DNA of 53,899 nt, the filler included, from Stramenopiles sp. TOSAG23-6 (taxonomy: Eukaryota), in the NCBI GenBank assembly GCA_900128565.1. It is 3 parts of 3 records of this genome, joined end to end, with 100 filler letters (N's around TTAATTAATTAA, not from the genome) between each part and the next. Parts side by side here need not be neighbours in the genome. Positions count along the whole stretch, not along the records: positions 36,060 to 53,899 come from LT636072.1; 2 more parts are not named here. The stretch is one strand, 5' to 3'. Positions 53,845 through 53,899 of this stretch are shown piece after piece. Under the pieces are notes generated by a model that was not told the origin of the DNA, did no database searches, and saw only the letters and a list, made by a program, of their open reading frames with translations. A program made the position numbers and the translations under genes. Position 1 is the first letter of the stretch. The number at the start of each line of letters is the position of its first letter.

Positions 53845-53899
53845 ATGTATTTTGGAAAAATATTTAAAAAAAAAAATCNAAAANAANTGTTAGGTACAA
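53845..53899 (-). other. 3' part of a non-canonical family intron at window end (ends AT)
   Basis: TTGTACCTAAC...AAATATTTTTCCAAAATACAT|ATTTCGT. Confidence 0.75.

Overview
AT-rich, gene-dense eukaryotic DNA, probably from a flagellated protist (lineage not determinable here). It consists of three ~17.9 kb contigs (1-17973, 18074-35959, 36060-53899) joined by artificial N44-TTAATTAATTAA-N44 spacers. Contigs 1 and 2 are near-perfect fold-back palindromes in which even the N calls are mirrored, most likely amplification/assembly chimeras, so only ~37 kb is unique. Recognisable genes: dynein LC4-like EF-hand protein, POFUT2-like protein, claudin-like protein, EXD2, calpain, a cNMP-domain pseudokinase, HSPA13-like Hsp70, WD40 protein, AKR7-like reductase, Ap4A phosphorylase, GT34-like glycosyltransferase, RsuA-family pseudouridine synthase and a MORN protein. 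The main finding is a repeated family of ~90-110 nt intervening sequences (17 unique copies, all in the sense orientation of their host genes). Consensus: GTAYGTTTT...poly-T...CGTACGAAATTTYGTACCTAAC...AAATATTTTTYCACAATAC-AT. Removing them restores every reading frame, but 16 of 17 end in AT or TT rather than AG. They look like an introner-type family of non-canonical GT-AT introns with short inverted ends and a 2-bp target-site duplication, coexisting with a normal GT-AG intron. A second oddity is frequent telomere-like (AACCCT)2-3 tracts inside coding sequence.
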